Positions 12,946 through 25,730 of a DNA stretch of 64,000 nt are shown here, piece by piece; the stretch's first letter is position 1, and every line of letters begins with the position of its first letter. The position numbers and the translations under genes were made by a program. The stretch is taken from the NCBI GenBank assembly GCA_035084275.1, contig CM068743.1:98580001-98644000 (forward strand). The letters are read 5' to 3'. Origin of the DNA: Hydrolagus colliei. Lineage: Eukaryota. Under the pieces are notes generated by a model, which did not search any database, had not been told where the DNA came from, and saw only the letters and a program-made list of their open reading frames with translations.

Positions 12946-13387
12946 AAGTTTTTTGTAGCTACTGAACAAGTTACATGTGTCCAATTATCAGAAAAACTTC
13001 ACAAAACAGAACAACAGTACAAATGTTCAGTAGTTTTTTTAAAATTTTAGGCAAATTACAGAGTAATGCAAGAGCATAATAGTCACTTAACACAATTTTT
13101 TATCAATCTACAGTGTTAAAATGATGAAAAATATATTTGTCATGCTGGCATACATTAGCAATAGTATATACTCCCATAATACATCTTTCTTATGCCTAGA
13201 ATAACTCTTCCACAATGCTTCAGTAAGAATCAATGCTAAAGGCTGAGAAATAATCTTGATATAGGCAGGTGATATGAATCTTGTGCCTTGGGCAATCCTA
13301 TGCCTTGCAACAAATGTTAGCACCTTGGGTCATCCTCCCAACATGAAAGTTGCTATACAACAGTAATTTTTTTGTTGTTGTTGTGGT

Positions 13388-13685
13388 GGAGTCCTGTAGC
13401 TCAATAGTTAGAACACACTCCTTACAAGTGAGAGACCTGGGTTTGATTCCAGGCAGGGCGAAACCTTGGGCAAGTTTCCTTACTCTGCATGCCTGATAAT
13501 AATCCCTCAAAAAAAAATTGGTCATTTCAATCCACAACTGTTTGTGGTTCACTACTGTGCAGAATTGGCTGCCATGTTTTGCCCACATATATACAGTCAA
13601 TTCATATTAGTATATTCTCTGAAGTGCTTTGTGGTGTCTAGAAGACTTGAAAAGCACAATGTCAAATACGAGGATTATTATTTTT
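13388..13685 (+). mobile_element. tRNA-head SINE, full-length short form
   Basis: ggagtcctgTAGCTCAATAG (A box), GGTTTGATTCC (B box), body, tail. Confidence 0.9.
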
Positions 13686-16443
13686 TAATTATCTTTGATT
13701 TTAAAAGCCCGTGGATTGTATCATGGAAGGAAGACTGAAGGGGGTAAGAATCCCCATTATTTTATCAACACATAGCTAGACTAGCATGCAATGTAATGGT
13801 TTTGATTTTAACACAGTGAAGTGCAGAGAGGCGGCAGTGTTTGTTGCATAATGTATTTGATTTTAGGGGGTAAGAGGGGAAAGGCAAGAGAGTGAGAGTG
13901 GCAATGAGAGTTCTTTGATTTAAATCACAGTGTATTTGACTCGCTACTTTCACAATAAACTCTGTTTGCAATATTAAGACATGCATTGTTCATTGGGGTT
14001 ATTGAGTAAACTCCTCAGGGATTTCCATTTTCTATTTTTTTTGCAGAGTTTTCATGCTATATTTGGATGATTGCTCTTTACTATATAAGTGAGGAAGCAT
14101 TTAGTGATCAATTGCAATAGCTGGATAATTGATCAACCATCACTCCAATATGATTTGCATTAATCTGATTTGGGAAATAAGAGGACAAGAAAGCATGCAA
14201 TGAGCATGGTCTGTTGGCTTTTTATCAGACTTGATCCTTTTTAAATAAAAAACAGCTTTCTTGACCTTTTAAACACCCACCATGTACATTTACAATCTAC
14301 TTTACCTTGAATTCAACCCTACCCATTTACTTATGTGTTCACATTCTCATATCTTCAGTGCATATCGAGGCTCACAGTTTCACCAACACTCCCCTCCAAG
14401 GATATTCCACTTTCAATATGTTATCCTTGTTTTGTTGCATATTTGTTGTGTATACCTGTTCATACAACATCAGTGACTTCTCAATCCGATTAGTACAATA
14501 TTCAAGGCTATCTGTCCCTTATCAGACAGTTTTCTCTGGATCCTGTCTGAACAATGTCTGTGGTAGAGTTTTTTCATTAGATGAGGAATAGCATTGTAAA
14601 GAGAACCACTTTAGAATTCCTTAAAATGCTATTCAAACTTAGTGCCATTTTACTTGGGTTAATACTGGAACAAATCAAATTGAGCCATGCATTATAAAAT
14701 ATTGACTGGAGCATTGGACTGAGGACAAGTTTACAATAGCTTGAAAAGCACTAATCTAAAACCACTTATTTTCCATTTCCTAGCCAATTTGAAACATTAC
14801 TGTAAATTTCACAAGGTTTCATCTTCAATAAATGTTTGTTGTGAGGGATTTGCAAATCAAAATATATGTTGTTAATTATTAACTGCTGATCTGAACCACT
14901 ACGTTTCATTGGGTAAGACAAAAAACATCATGTATAAGAAAATAGTTTTTACTGTCACACGCTGATGAATATTAATGGGTAATAGCTTTTAGAGATGTGA
15001 TGCTATGTGAATGGCCAATAGAACAGACACTAGTGGAAACCACATCACAAAACATCTTGTATAGTTTATGCAAAACGGGTGAAATGCTTTACTATTTCAA
15101 CAACAAACTTGAGCCGAAGGACATAGGCATAGCAAAACTAATTGCAGTTTTTAGCCTGTAAAGTAAATGACGGACTTCAGCGCCAGTCAATATTTTATAT
15201 TTCAGTGATTTGTTTCATTAATCCAAATAAAACCTCACAAAAGTTTGTAAAACATTTAGGCTCTTTCTGAAGTGTTTTGTTATTAGTGCACATTCTGGAT
15301 AAATTACTCTAAGAAGGAAAATGACAGCCACAATTTGCATTTGTATAGCATAATTCATGTCTTCCATGCCGGGAGGATATCTTTGTAATTATTACCTCCA
15401 ATTGTAGAAATGCACTCAACATCCATCTGTCTATCATAGTTTTATAGTATATTCATGACATCTATGGTGAAGAGTTGTAACATAATCAGTACAATGTAAA
15501 TAAATAAACTGAAGTATTATAAAATAAAATACAATGTAGATAAATAAATTTAAGAATCATATATTTATTTATTACATGAAGAAACCTACAGTGGGCATTG
15601 TGAGTGAAAATCCATAAGTTAGTAATAATGTAGACATTTTGGATTTATGTTAACCATCAGCAATTTTAGAAAGTTTCAAATATCTAACTTGATACCATTA
15701 AGAATCTTAATGATAATTCCAATCTCAATGTTGCATTCTGGATTAATTGTAGCTGAATTTTTCATTGAAACTATTGGCAATATTGGGAAAGGTTCCTTTT
15801 GTAGGTTCTTTCCGCAATAGTTACCTTAGAAGATAATTCACCATGGAATCTAGGCCAATGTTAATTGTTGTTATTCTAAACTTGAGGTTGTTTAATTTTT
15901 GTGGAACTGTTAAATTCCTTCAGGATCCATTCCAAATTGCTTGTAGCATTGCACACTCTGTTTGCATGCTTTATTGCAAAATCATATAATAATTACAGCA
16001 GCTGCTGAATGGTATTTAACTCATATTTGTTCATATCTCTTCAAGCCATTTGAAAGATGTCCAAATCCCCAAAGCCCCCAACCTTCTTACTTGTTTTAGT
16101 TTTGTAAACATGTGTATATGCACTGATCAAAATGTATAACATCAATTAAATCCAGTAAGTTGGTTTATTTTTTAAAACAAACACAATAAATTGGTGAGCC
16201 AGATCTTGTTTTCATAAACCCAAGTTGGCTTTCATTTATTATCTTCAATCTTCGGGATTAATCCTGAAATACTTCCATTGAGAAAAGTCCTTGAAAGTGT
16301 TCTTACGATTGGTATTAACCTATTTAGACACTATAGAATTTGCAAGGTCTCTTTATCTTCCTTTCATTAGATTACATGGAGTGATATGGCATAGAAACAG
16401 ATCATTGGGTCCAACAGGTCCAAGCTATTGCTTATGCTCCAAT

Positions 16444-17217
16444 TAGGGTCCGGCGATATATCGATATATCGCTAAAACCGATATAATTTTCATATTGATA
16501 CGCCGATATAGACATTTCAAAATTATCGATATATCGAAAAATCAATATATCGAGATAAAAAATCTGAATGCCACACACTGAACTACAAGACCCAGAATGC
16601 TCATCTCTATACACAATGCACAGACCAAGGTGCAAAGCCACCATACTGTATTCATAGTCCTCGAATACAATATACAGGTATGCAAGGGGTGGGGGGGGAG
16701 AGAAGGCTGGGGTGGGGCAGGAGGAGGGAGACGGCTGGGGGGGGGGGGGGGGGGAAGGGGGGGGAGGGGGAGAGAGACGGCTGGGGTGGGGAGAGAGAGA
16801 TGGCTGGGGGGAGGTTGTGGGGGGAGAGAGATGGTTGGGGGTGGTGGTGGGGAGAGAGAGACGGCAGGGGGGTGGGGTGGGGGGGAGAGAGAGAAAGCGG
16901 GGTGGGGGATGGGGGGGAGAGAGAGAGAGAGATGGCGGGGGGGAGGGGGAAAGAGATGGCTGTGGGGAGTGGGGGGGGAGTGAGACGGCGGGGGGGTGGC
17001 GGGGTGTGGTGGGAGAGACGGGGTGGATGTGATAATATACAGATAGATAGAACTGGGGGGGATGTGAGACAGACACAGAGACACAGACAGAAAAACACAG
17101 AGATGGAGAGAGTGAGAGACACAGAGAGAGAAAGATATTTACCTACTGAGGAGATAGGCCCCGAATGTGCGCACACCCGGAATGCACGCGCACCCGGAAC
17201 GCGCGCGCACTCCGAAT
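16444..17217 (+). mobile_element. One-ended hAT-like non-autonomous DNA transposon inserted in a CR1 relic
   Basis: Starts TAGGGTCCGGCGATATATCGATATATCG with many CGATAT/ATATCG subterminal repeats, as in fish hAT-N elements; no matching right TIR; antisense CR1 sequence on both sides. Confidence 0.6.
16686..17135. repeat. G-rich GAGAYGGC(G)n minisatellite followed by a GA/CA microsatellite
   Basis: About 9 degenerate units (gagagacggctggggg...), strongly purine-biased on +. Confidence 0.9.
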
Positions 17218-17460
17218 GATAAATACATTGATGCTTTTTCCAACAACCATTTATCAAAAGAGACACTTTCCAATGTATCCAATTTTTCTTGATAGTTGCT
17301 TTCACTCATCCCTGAATTGGCACATCGTTCCAAATCAACACTATATTCATGTACAGTATTACAATATCCTTCCTATATGATGACCAAAACTGTACCCAGT
17401 ACTCCAAATGTAGTCTTACCAAGGTTTTGTATACACTTAACATGACTTTCCTGCTTTCCT
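17218..17460 (-). mobile_element. CR1 LINE RT C-terminal fragment
   Basis: Minus frame GMSESNYQEKLDTLESVSFDK resembles CR1 GMxxLSYEERLxxLGLFSLE; ccaaaactgtacccagtactccaa is the antisense of the LEYCVQFW motif. Confidence 0.7.
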
Positions 17461-18004
17461 GAAGATTACAGTTGCATTAACTAGTTGAATTCTCTGTTAT
17501 TAAGTATTTCCAGATAGCTAAGCAAAACATGTTGTCATGCCTCATTTATTTCTGTATTACTGTTAAATTCTGTATTAGCCTGATACATTTGAACCAGTAT
17601 TTGTATCTATCGTCTTAATAACCTTTTTTGTATTCAGCTGTAGTTGTGACATGTCAGTTTGATAGTATGAAAATCATACTCAGGTGTTGAGAAATGTCAT
17701 TGTTTAGCTGCATCAAAAATATTGTTTTGCAAATGTAGATTAATTGGCATTGACAAATCTCCCTCTATAATATTATGAATATTGAATAGTATTAACTCTA
17801 CTAAGAGAGCAACATCACCCCACAGAAAAAACAGTAATAAATTGGTCATTTCAATTCACGGCTGTTTGTTGCATTTCACCCACACATATACAGTCAATTC
17901 ACTTTACAGTATATTCTGTGAAGTGCTTTCAGACATCTTATATAAAAGCCATGAAAAGCGCTATATCAAATGCAAGGACTATTATTATTTTTACAAGCAC
18001 ATTT

Positions 18005-18470
18005 AAACTCCAGCTCTCTGTGGTGGTCTTGGTAGTCCGATCCTGGTCTGTTGGTTCCGCAGTATTCCAGGGCGCTGCTGTTGACTTCCCAGCCAAGCAG
18101 GTCTTGGAAGCACAGACCAGTCACTGGGGAAAGCTCCTCATATCCCTGCAAACCAAAGCCCTAGTTGGTAGGGTGGTGCTAGCAAGCAGCGAGAAAGCTT
18201 GTTAGAGATAGATAGCAATGGGAAGCTGTGCAGGTTTAGTCAACATTACTTCAATGCAAAATCTGAGGTCCCCAAGCCTTGGCTCATACCAACCTGCTCT
18301 CAATATTTTTTGAGAATTAGATAAGTAGGATGCTTCCCATCAAGGAGAAAGTGCACATTCTAACAAATATCAAAACATATGTGTAAATTGGAGGTGTGGA
18401 ACTCTGTTTGGTTTGGATACTGTTAAGCATTGTAAAGTGTTGCCACATATTGTCAGATACCCAGCTAAAA
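18005..18470 (+). repeat. Unclassified interspersed repeat, copy A
   Basis: Shares cagtattccagggc, cccaagccttggct, ggagaaagtgcacattc and ggtttggatact with copies at 21265, 33640 and 34815. Confidence 0.65.
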
Positions 18471-19014
18471 AAACGTAGCTTACCAGGAAAAATGGTTGAA
18501 GTGGTTAAATCAACTTAAGGAAAAATAACAAGCAGAGTTATAATGGGAGCATGGTTGGGTAGATTTTCTGGAAGGATGAAGTCAAATGTACCAAGCAGCT
18601 TGATGCTGTGATGGGAGGACAGTAGAGTAGGTGTTCTGGAAGGATGAGATCAGATGGACTGAAGGACATTTTTCATCAAAACCTCTCTTTGTGATCCTGT
18701 AGCCTAATGAGAATATCCTTATTTCTACAATGAATCATGTTTGTGCAAATGAATATCATCAGTAAATATTTCAACAAGTCAGCACATCTATTAGGATATT
18801 GCACAATAGTATGTCATGTGTATTTTTTTCTAAAATTCTCTCCCTCAACCACACCACTTCAATCTCTCCCTGTTCAACTTAAAATCCCATCTAAAACCCT
18901 ACCTCTTCAACCTTGTTTATGTTTGCTTCCCCTTTCTCCCAGGCCACTCCCCTCCTCCCTTACTTGATATCTGATCCAATCCTCGTGAAGCACCCTGAAG
19001 TATAATACTACTAC

Positions 19015-19215
19015 TAATAATAATCCTTGCATTTGATATAGGGCTTTTCACATCTTATCGACGTCCCAAAGCGCTTCACAGAATATACTGTAAAGTGAAT
19101 TGACTGTATATTTGTGGACGAATCGTGGCAGCCAATTGTGCACAGCAGTATCCCACAAACAGTCGTGGATTGAAATGACCAATTTTATTATTGTGGTTTT
19201 TTTGGACAGATTATT
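19015..19215 (-). mobile_element. tRNA-head SINE family, 3' part
   Basis: Reverse complement of the SINE body and tail. Confidence 0.85.
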
Positions 19216-19739
19216 ATTGTCCATGAAGGATACTTGATAAACGAAAGGTGTTGCTATATGATATAATAAATATATTTATATATTGCACCAGAATGTAGCA
19301 TGGCAGCATGCCACAGATATATTGCGTCCCTTCAACGAAAAAGTGCACATTCCAATAAATATCTCTGGAATTTCTATTTGTGGGTGGAAGGCGTCCCAAA
19401 AAATATTACAATGCATTACAATACAAATTACAATTAATATAGCACTTTTCACATCAGAAAGGAGCCTAACAGTTCTGGCTTGGCAACTCAGTTGAGAGTT
19501 ATTTTTAAATGAACAGTTACTTGATATGTTAGGTTGGACATTGACAAAGTATATCGCACTTTGTAAGTTGTGAAGTGTGATGCTCTAATGCTCTGGGCAC
19601 ATCAAATGCACTGCAATTTGTTTTGACATTATGTGTTAATTTGGAGTTGTTAATAGTAGTGACATATGCAGGGCATTACAGGCACATGTTGATAAGTTGG
19701 ATTGATTTGGTAAAAAAAAGTAAGAAAGTGGGGGTGAAT

Positions 19740-20300
19740 CTAAACAAGAAGTTATTTTATTCCACAGCTGGAATATTGTGTTCAGTTTTCGTAGACAATT
19801 TAGAAAGATTAGAGCGATGGAAAGGGTGCCATGTAGGTTCACAAGGATGATGCTGGATAAAAGGATACAACTATGAGAAGAGGCTGTAGAGATTAGAAAT
19901 CTTCCTATTGAAGCAGAGAATATTGATGGGAGATATGATTGAACTGTTTAAGATACCAAGAAGTTCTGAGAGAATCATTTAAACTGTTTCCCCTGTTTCT
20001 ACTGGTAACAGATTCAAAGACATGAATTCAAGATCGCAACTAAGGCAGTGAAAGGAGAGTCTCAGAAGACCTTCTGCTAGAGGATTGTCAGAGTCTGTTG
20101 AAGCAGAGTTGATTGGGACATTTATAAAATAATTAGACAGATATATGCTGAGGAGGGATATTAGAGGATATGGAGATAGACGAGGATATGGAGATAGACC
20201 AGGATAGGAATTTGGGTTTGGATGGATGGGTACTTGGAGCCTGACATGAAAAAAGGGAAGAATAGCTTCCTACTGCATTGCAGAATTCTATGGTTCTATT
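19740..20300 (+). mobile_element. Degraded CR1 3' fragment
   Basis: ctggaatattgtgttcagtttt (LEYCVQF) ... gaattctatggttcta tail. Confidence 0.75.
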
Positions 20301-21264
20301 GACTTGAAAATGAACACCTTGTATAGCTTTCTATTAAACTTGTTAAAAAAAAAGAATGGGCTCTGCTATCGATTGTTACACATACACAAAGAAAATCTAG
20401 TTTGTTGTGTATAAACAAAATGTATAATACTGCAGATGCTGAAAAACTGAAAGAAAAATGGACATCCTTTCACATCAGAAAGAAGTGTAATACTCTTGCT
20501 CATATTTCTTTGTTCAGAATGATCATGACATTTTCAATAGTTTGAGATATTGTGCCATATCAACATTCCCATAACGCAACTGTAGAGAAACACGGACTGT
20601 TAGGTCTTCTGTAATGAGTATCTATATATGACAGATTTCAGAGGTGTAAAAGTCCAATGCCTTGAGTGAAGCAAAACAGCTAGACTGGAGGGAAATGTAT
20701 CTGTTCCAGCAACATTGCCTGCCAATCCTCTCTACCCTCCACGCTCCCTGATTCCAATCCCCCTCCCCACGTTCGGGTAGTAATGCTGACTTTTCATCAC
20801 TTGGAATGTTCTCCCAATATGAAAGGTGTTTTACAAATATAATTTTGTATTGTATTGTAAGAATGCTGCTGTTTATTCCATCATATATAAATGTAAGGAT
20901 TATTATTATTATCATAGCTTTAACTGCCATTTACTGCTGCCCAGACACTTGGTGCAAAGGCCGTCCTCTGGGACTGTTAAAAGAGTAGATGATGTAAGGC
21001 TTTTCAGGGGTAAAACGTTGTTACAACCACCATCTGCCTCCTGAGGGTTATCATAGTTTGAGGATGGTCCAAAATAAAGTGAAATGCTGGCCTCTCATAG
21101 CTAGTTAGTGACAGCATTGTAATCAATCAATGTTGGAGTTTGTCCATTCTCTCCACAGGTTCAACACATCATGGAATAAGCAAACGAATGGTGATGTATC
21201 CATTTCCATCTAAATTATTTCAAACAAGTGAGTACTCTCAATGGCAAAAAGTGAAATTTTAGTT

Positions 21265-21510
21265 CATTGAACTCCAGCACTAACCCCCAATGTACAGTCT
21301 GGTGTCCCAAGCCCTGGCTCTTGCCAGTCTGCACCTAATACTTTTTAGAATTACGTAAACAGGAGTGGTTTCTCCAGGGAGAAAGTGCACATTCCAACAT
21401 ATAGCAATTTCCATGGAAAGGTGGAATTCATGTAACTCTTGGTTTAGTTTGGATACTAGTAAGCTTTGTGATGGGTTTCTACATCTATCATACACCTGGC
21501 TGACCTCCAA
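21265..21510 (+). repeat. Unclassified interspersed repeat, copy C
   Basis: Aligns by eye to 18260-18470 and 35040-35270. Confidence 0.65.
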
Positions 21511-22627
21511 AAATCAAGGTCAATCCTAATGTATCCACATTTCCCAGTGCACATTTTACCTTTTGTCACTTACTTCTTACGGACAATTGCCAATTTCTGT
21601 CATTAATATATTCCTGATATTCCTGTGGGTGGGGAGGTGGGTGTGTTGTATTGTCAATGGTTCCATTGTTTGTATTTTGTCACTATACACAATCTGCTTA
21701 TCAATTGTGTGACTGAAGTTCTATACTGCTTCTTGTGGATTATACTGTTGCATTGTTGTCTATTGTGAGAGCATGTAATAATACAAATATTCTATGCTAC
21801 TGCAACTTTGGTCTTGAAAAGGCATATTTTAATGGCTATGTAACAAAAAAAAGCTGTACTCAAAGGAACATTCTCCCAATTGTTTGTTCTGTCAACACTG
21901 ATATGTTTCGTCCTTCAAAAATGAACTTCTGGAATATTTGTGTCATATGTAAGAGCTGGACAAATACGATTGCTATAACAAAGGGAAGGAATGTATGAAG
22001 TATAATAATGCTGAGTTGTAAATGAGCATTCAAAAATTTATTTGGTGACACTAGTATTTTTCTTTTCCTACAGAAACAGGCCAATGAAATTTCTTATATT
22101 GTTGAACAAAATTCCACACACAGCTGAAGTCTTGAGATCCTGCTACTAACTCTTCTGCAATCCTAATGGAATTTTGAGTTCCTCCATATGCTTCAATTTT
22201 ATCTAGAAATTTCTTGTGCAGTACCTTAATGAACACTTCCCTAAAATCAAATAATACACAGCTCCCCATCTCCATTATCCATATCTTTGGTTACCTCTTC
22301 AATGGATTCAATCAAATTAGTTAGACAAAATTTTCTCTTTACAAAGCCCTCACTGAATGAGTTGTTGTTCTGAAAATCTGCGTTCTTTAAAACTAACATG
22401 ATTAAAAATGGCATTAAGCAGCATTAAAGTTTGCTTTTCTCCACATTTCTGCAAGTAATACAATAAAAATCCCTATATTTAATATAGAGCCTCATCATGT
22501 TGCGTAGACCATTAAGCAGCATTAAAGTTTGCTTTCCTGTACATTGATGCAAATACTGTAATATAATAATCCTCATATGTGATATCATGTCAGTGAGGCA
22601 TCACAAAGCGCATTACAGAATATACTG

Positions 22628-23525
22628 TAACAACAACAACAACTTGCATTTATATAGTGCCCTCCATGCCAGGCAGCGTCTCAGAGCGCTTCCAAATGCT
22701 GGAGCCCAGGGCCGAGCCAACGTGAGAGGGAAGGTGACCGGTGGCATAGTAAAATAGAAAGGTCTTCAGGCGCAATCTGAAGATGCAAAAGGAGAGGGTG
22801 AGGCAAAGTAATTCAGGGATGGAGTTCCAGAGTTTCAGGGGGTAGTGGCTTAAAGCACAGCTGCCGATGGTGGAGTGGAGGATTCAGGGGACAAGGAGGA
22901 GGCCAGTCCCAGTGGAGCAGAAGCAGAGGATACTTTTGAGAGGGGAGAGGAGAGATTTAAATAAAAGTCGATCTGCTCTGTGATAGGAATCAGTGAATTC
23001 TAGCAAAGATTGGGATAATCAGGGAACAAAGTTTGGTGTGAGAATGCGAGTGGCAGAGTTCTGTAGGAGCTGGATTTTGTGAATGGTAGCGGAGGGGAGA
23101 CCTGTGAGGAGGGCGATGAAGTAGTCCAGCTGAGGGGTGACAAAGGCATAGACCAGAGTTTCGGCAGAAGTTGGGATGAGATATTGGCAGAGACGTGCAA
23201 TGTGGTAGAGATGGAAGAAGACTGTGAATGGAGGGAACGGATGTGGGGGAGGAAGGATAATTGGGGGTCAAACCAGACGCTTAGATTGCATATGGGTTCA
23301 GAGAGTTTTAGGGTCAGGTCGGGTAGGTGGAGTAGGTGAGAGCCGTGGGACTGAAAATGTCTATGAGGGCCGAAGAGTATGGCTTCTGTCTTGTCAACAT
23401 TTAGCTGCTGGAGCTCATCCAGCTTTTGATGTCTGATAGACAAACTGACAGAACATCAGGGGAATGGGGGTCGCAATTTGAGGTGGAAAAGTAGAGTTGA
23501 ATGTCATCTGCATTCATGTGATATG
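22628..23525 (-). mobile_element. L2 LINE 3' ~0.9 kb
   Basis: Minus ORF LNVDKTEAILFGP...WFDPQLSFLPHI; a YADD-like site near 23505; (caa)n tail at 22628. Confidence 0.9.
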
Positions 23526-23941
23526 TGCTATACATCAATATAATTGTGCAAAAAAATGATTTTAACAGTGACCCGACGATCCCACAAAAACTAACCTGTG
23601 CTTCCTGACAACATGGGTTCTGAGTTCATGGATCCAAACCTTCTTGTTCTTATGGGTCACCATGTATGTTGCGACACTAACAGATTACAGGTATTTAAGG
23701 TGTGCAGGAAATATATCCTGCCCCCTTACCCCAGTAGTGGGTTAAATGTCGCTGAACAGGATTTCTTAATTTAAGAAATCCAATGGACAAAGAGCATATA
23801 GCTAAAGTGAAGGAACCAGCATAGATAGACTTGAACTGTGTGCCCTCCTAATTTCTATGACTATACAGTTTAGGTCACTCAGGTGTTAATCCCAGTCACA
23901 TTATGTGCAGGTGTTTTATACTGTTAATGAGCAGCTACTGT

Positions 23942-24218
23942 GGAGCTCCTGTTGCTCAGTGGTTAGAGCACTCACCTTACAAGCATGAAACCTGTGTTTG
24001 AATCTAGGCAAATCAGTGCGAAACCTTGGGCAAATTTCCTGCCTAATAATAATCTGTCCAAAAAACCCCCCACAATAATAAAAATTGGTCATTTCAATTC
24101 CATGACTGTTTGTGGGACAGTCAATTCATTTTACAGTACATTCTGTGAAGCGCTTGGATACGTCGATAAGGTGTGAAAAGCGCTATATCAAATACAAGGA
24201 TTATTATTATTATTATTG
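23942..24218 (+). mobile_element. tRNA-head SINE, short form with internal deletion
   Basis: Head gctcagtggttagagcactcaccttacaag and (tta)n tail. Confidence 0.85.
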
Positions 24219-24409
24219 TTATCATGTGGAAGTTTACCCCATGTCTGCGGATGACATCACCAAGAGGGAACATGTAGATATGTTCAAGAGAAGGGGGCCA
24301 AGTATGGATCCTTGGGGTACCCTGCAGGTGGCCAGGCGAAAACGAGAGGAAAAGCCATTTGCAGAGATGTAACATGGAGTGTTAATATGGAATCCTGTAC
24401 CTAAGTGAT

Positions 24410-24806
24410 TAGAGCCTGGTCCATGCCTTCAAGATCCTCACCCTTGTTTTCAAATCCCTCCACTTCTCTGCACCCCACACCTCTCTGACCTCCTCTCTCC
24501 TCAAACCAGCACTTGACTCCTTCGGTTCTGGATTCCTCCTTGTTACTCGAATCCTCCACTCCACCATCAGCAGCCGTGCCTTCAGCCACTATGCCCCAAA
24601 GCTCTGGAACACCCTTCCTCACTCCCTTTGCCTCGCCCACTCTCTTCCTAATTTCAGGTCTCGGCCGAAGACCTTTCTTTTCGACCGCGCCTTCGGTCAC
24701 ATTTTTCCCCCTGCCCATGGCTCGGGCCCAGGATCCGTTATTGTGAAGCACTCTGAGATGCCATCTGACTTGGAGGCCGCTATATAAATCAAAGTTGTTG
24801 TTGTTA
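24410..24806 (+). mobile_element. L2 LINE 3' end
   Basis: ttcaagatcctcacccttgttttcaaatccctccac ... gctatataaatcaaag(ttg)n. Confidence 0.85.
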
Positions 24807-24902
24807 CTGTGCAGAAATGGGCTTCTACATTTGCCTACAAACATAGTCCAAATACTTTATAATAAATCATGTGAAACACTTTGAGATGTCCTTCTGATGA
24901 GA

Positions 24903-25310
24903 CAACAACAACTTGCATTTATATAGCGCTCTCCACTCTGGGTGGCATCTCAGAACATTGGACAATGGTGGAGTCCAAGGATGTGCTAGGGCGAGGGGAA
25001 GGTGACTGTAAGTGCAGTCGAAGAGAAAGTTCTGCAGGTGCAACCTGAAGATGAGAAAGGAGAGGGCGAGACAAAGGCGTTGAGAGAGGGAGTTCTAAAG
25101 CTTCCGGACATAGTGGCTGAACGTACAACTGCCGGTGGTGAATTGGACAATTTGGGGAACAAGGAGGAGGCCAGATCCAGTAGAGTGGAGGGAGCAGGTA
25201 CTGCTGTGAGGAGCAGAGGAGTGGAGGGATTTAAACACAAAAGTGAGGTTCTTGAAGTTGATCCACTCTGTGGCAGGGAGCCAGTGGTGTTTGGCAAGGA
25301 ACAGGTGCTA
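24903..25310 (-). mobile_element. L2 LINE 3' end
   Basis: (caa)n cttgcatttatatagcgc tail; near-mirror homologue of 24410-24806. Confidence 0.85.
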
Positions 25311-25389
25311 CAAAAATGCAAGGATATATAAAAAAATATATTTCATGTGCTACATAGGAGGGTTGTTTCAAACAAAAAATTGTATGGAA

Positions 25390-25730
25390 TTTACAAGAAG
25401 CAAATAGAAAGTTTGCTAAAGAACAGGAAAGATAAAGGAACGTAGTGGGAGTTGCAATTCAGAACAGAGATTTAAATAGTAGTGTCCTCCCAAGAATATG
25501 TGTCAGGACCACTGCTTATTTCCATCTGTATTGATCTGGACTCTGAAATAATCGGTACGATTTTTAAGTTTGTTGATGACTCAAAAATAGTGATGTAGCT
25601 AATATGAAAAAGATAAGCAAATGAGGAATTAGACAGACACGTAGATCAGGCAAAGGTTGGCAGATTAAATGTAATACAGATACGTATGAAGCTATACATT
25701 TTGGGTGGAAGAATAATGGTAATTTATATT
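25390..25730 (+). mobile_element. Degraded CR1 RT fragment
   Basis: Remnants of SGVPQGSVLGPLL (gtgtcctcccaagaatatgtgtcaggaccactgc) and KFADD (aagtttgttgatgac). Confidence 0.7.

Noticed and set aside
13388-13462. tRNA genes at the SINE heads
   Set aside because: Each runs into a SINE body, has mismatched stems and lacks a downstream Pol III T-run; these are not tRNA genes.
16432-17305. Six overlapping Pro- or Gly-rich ORFs up to 217 aa
   Set aside because: Artefacts of the low-complexity G/C tract, which lacks stop codons.
17303-17314. actcatccctg as the right TIR of the hAT-like element
   Set aside because: Poor match to the left TIR, no 8-bp TSD, and the sequence is explained as antisense CR1 coding sequence.
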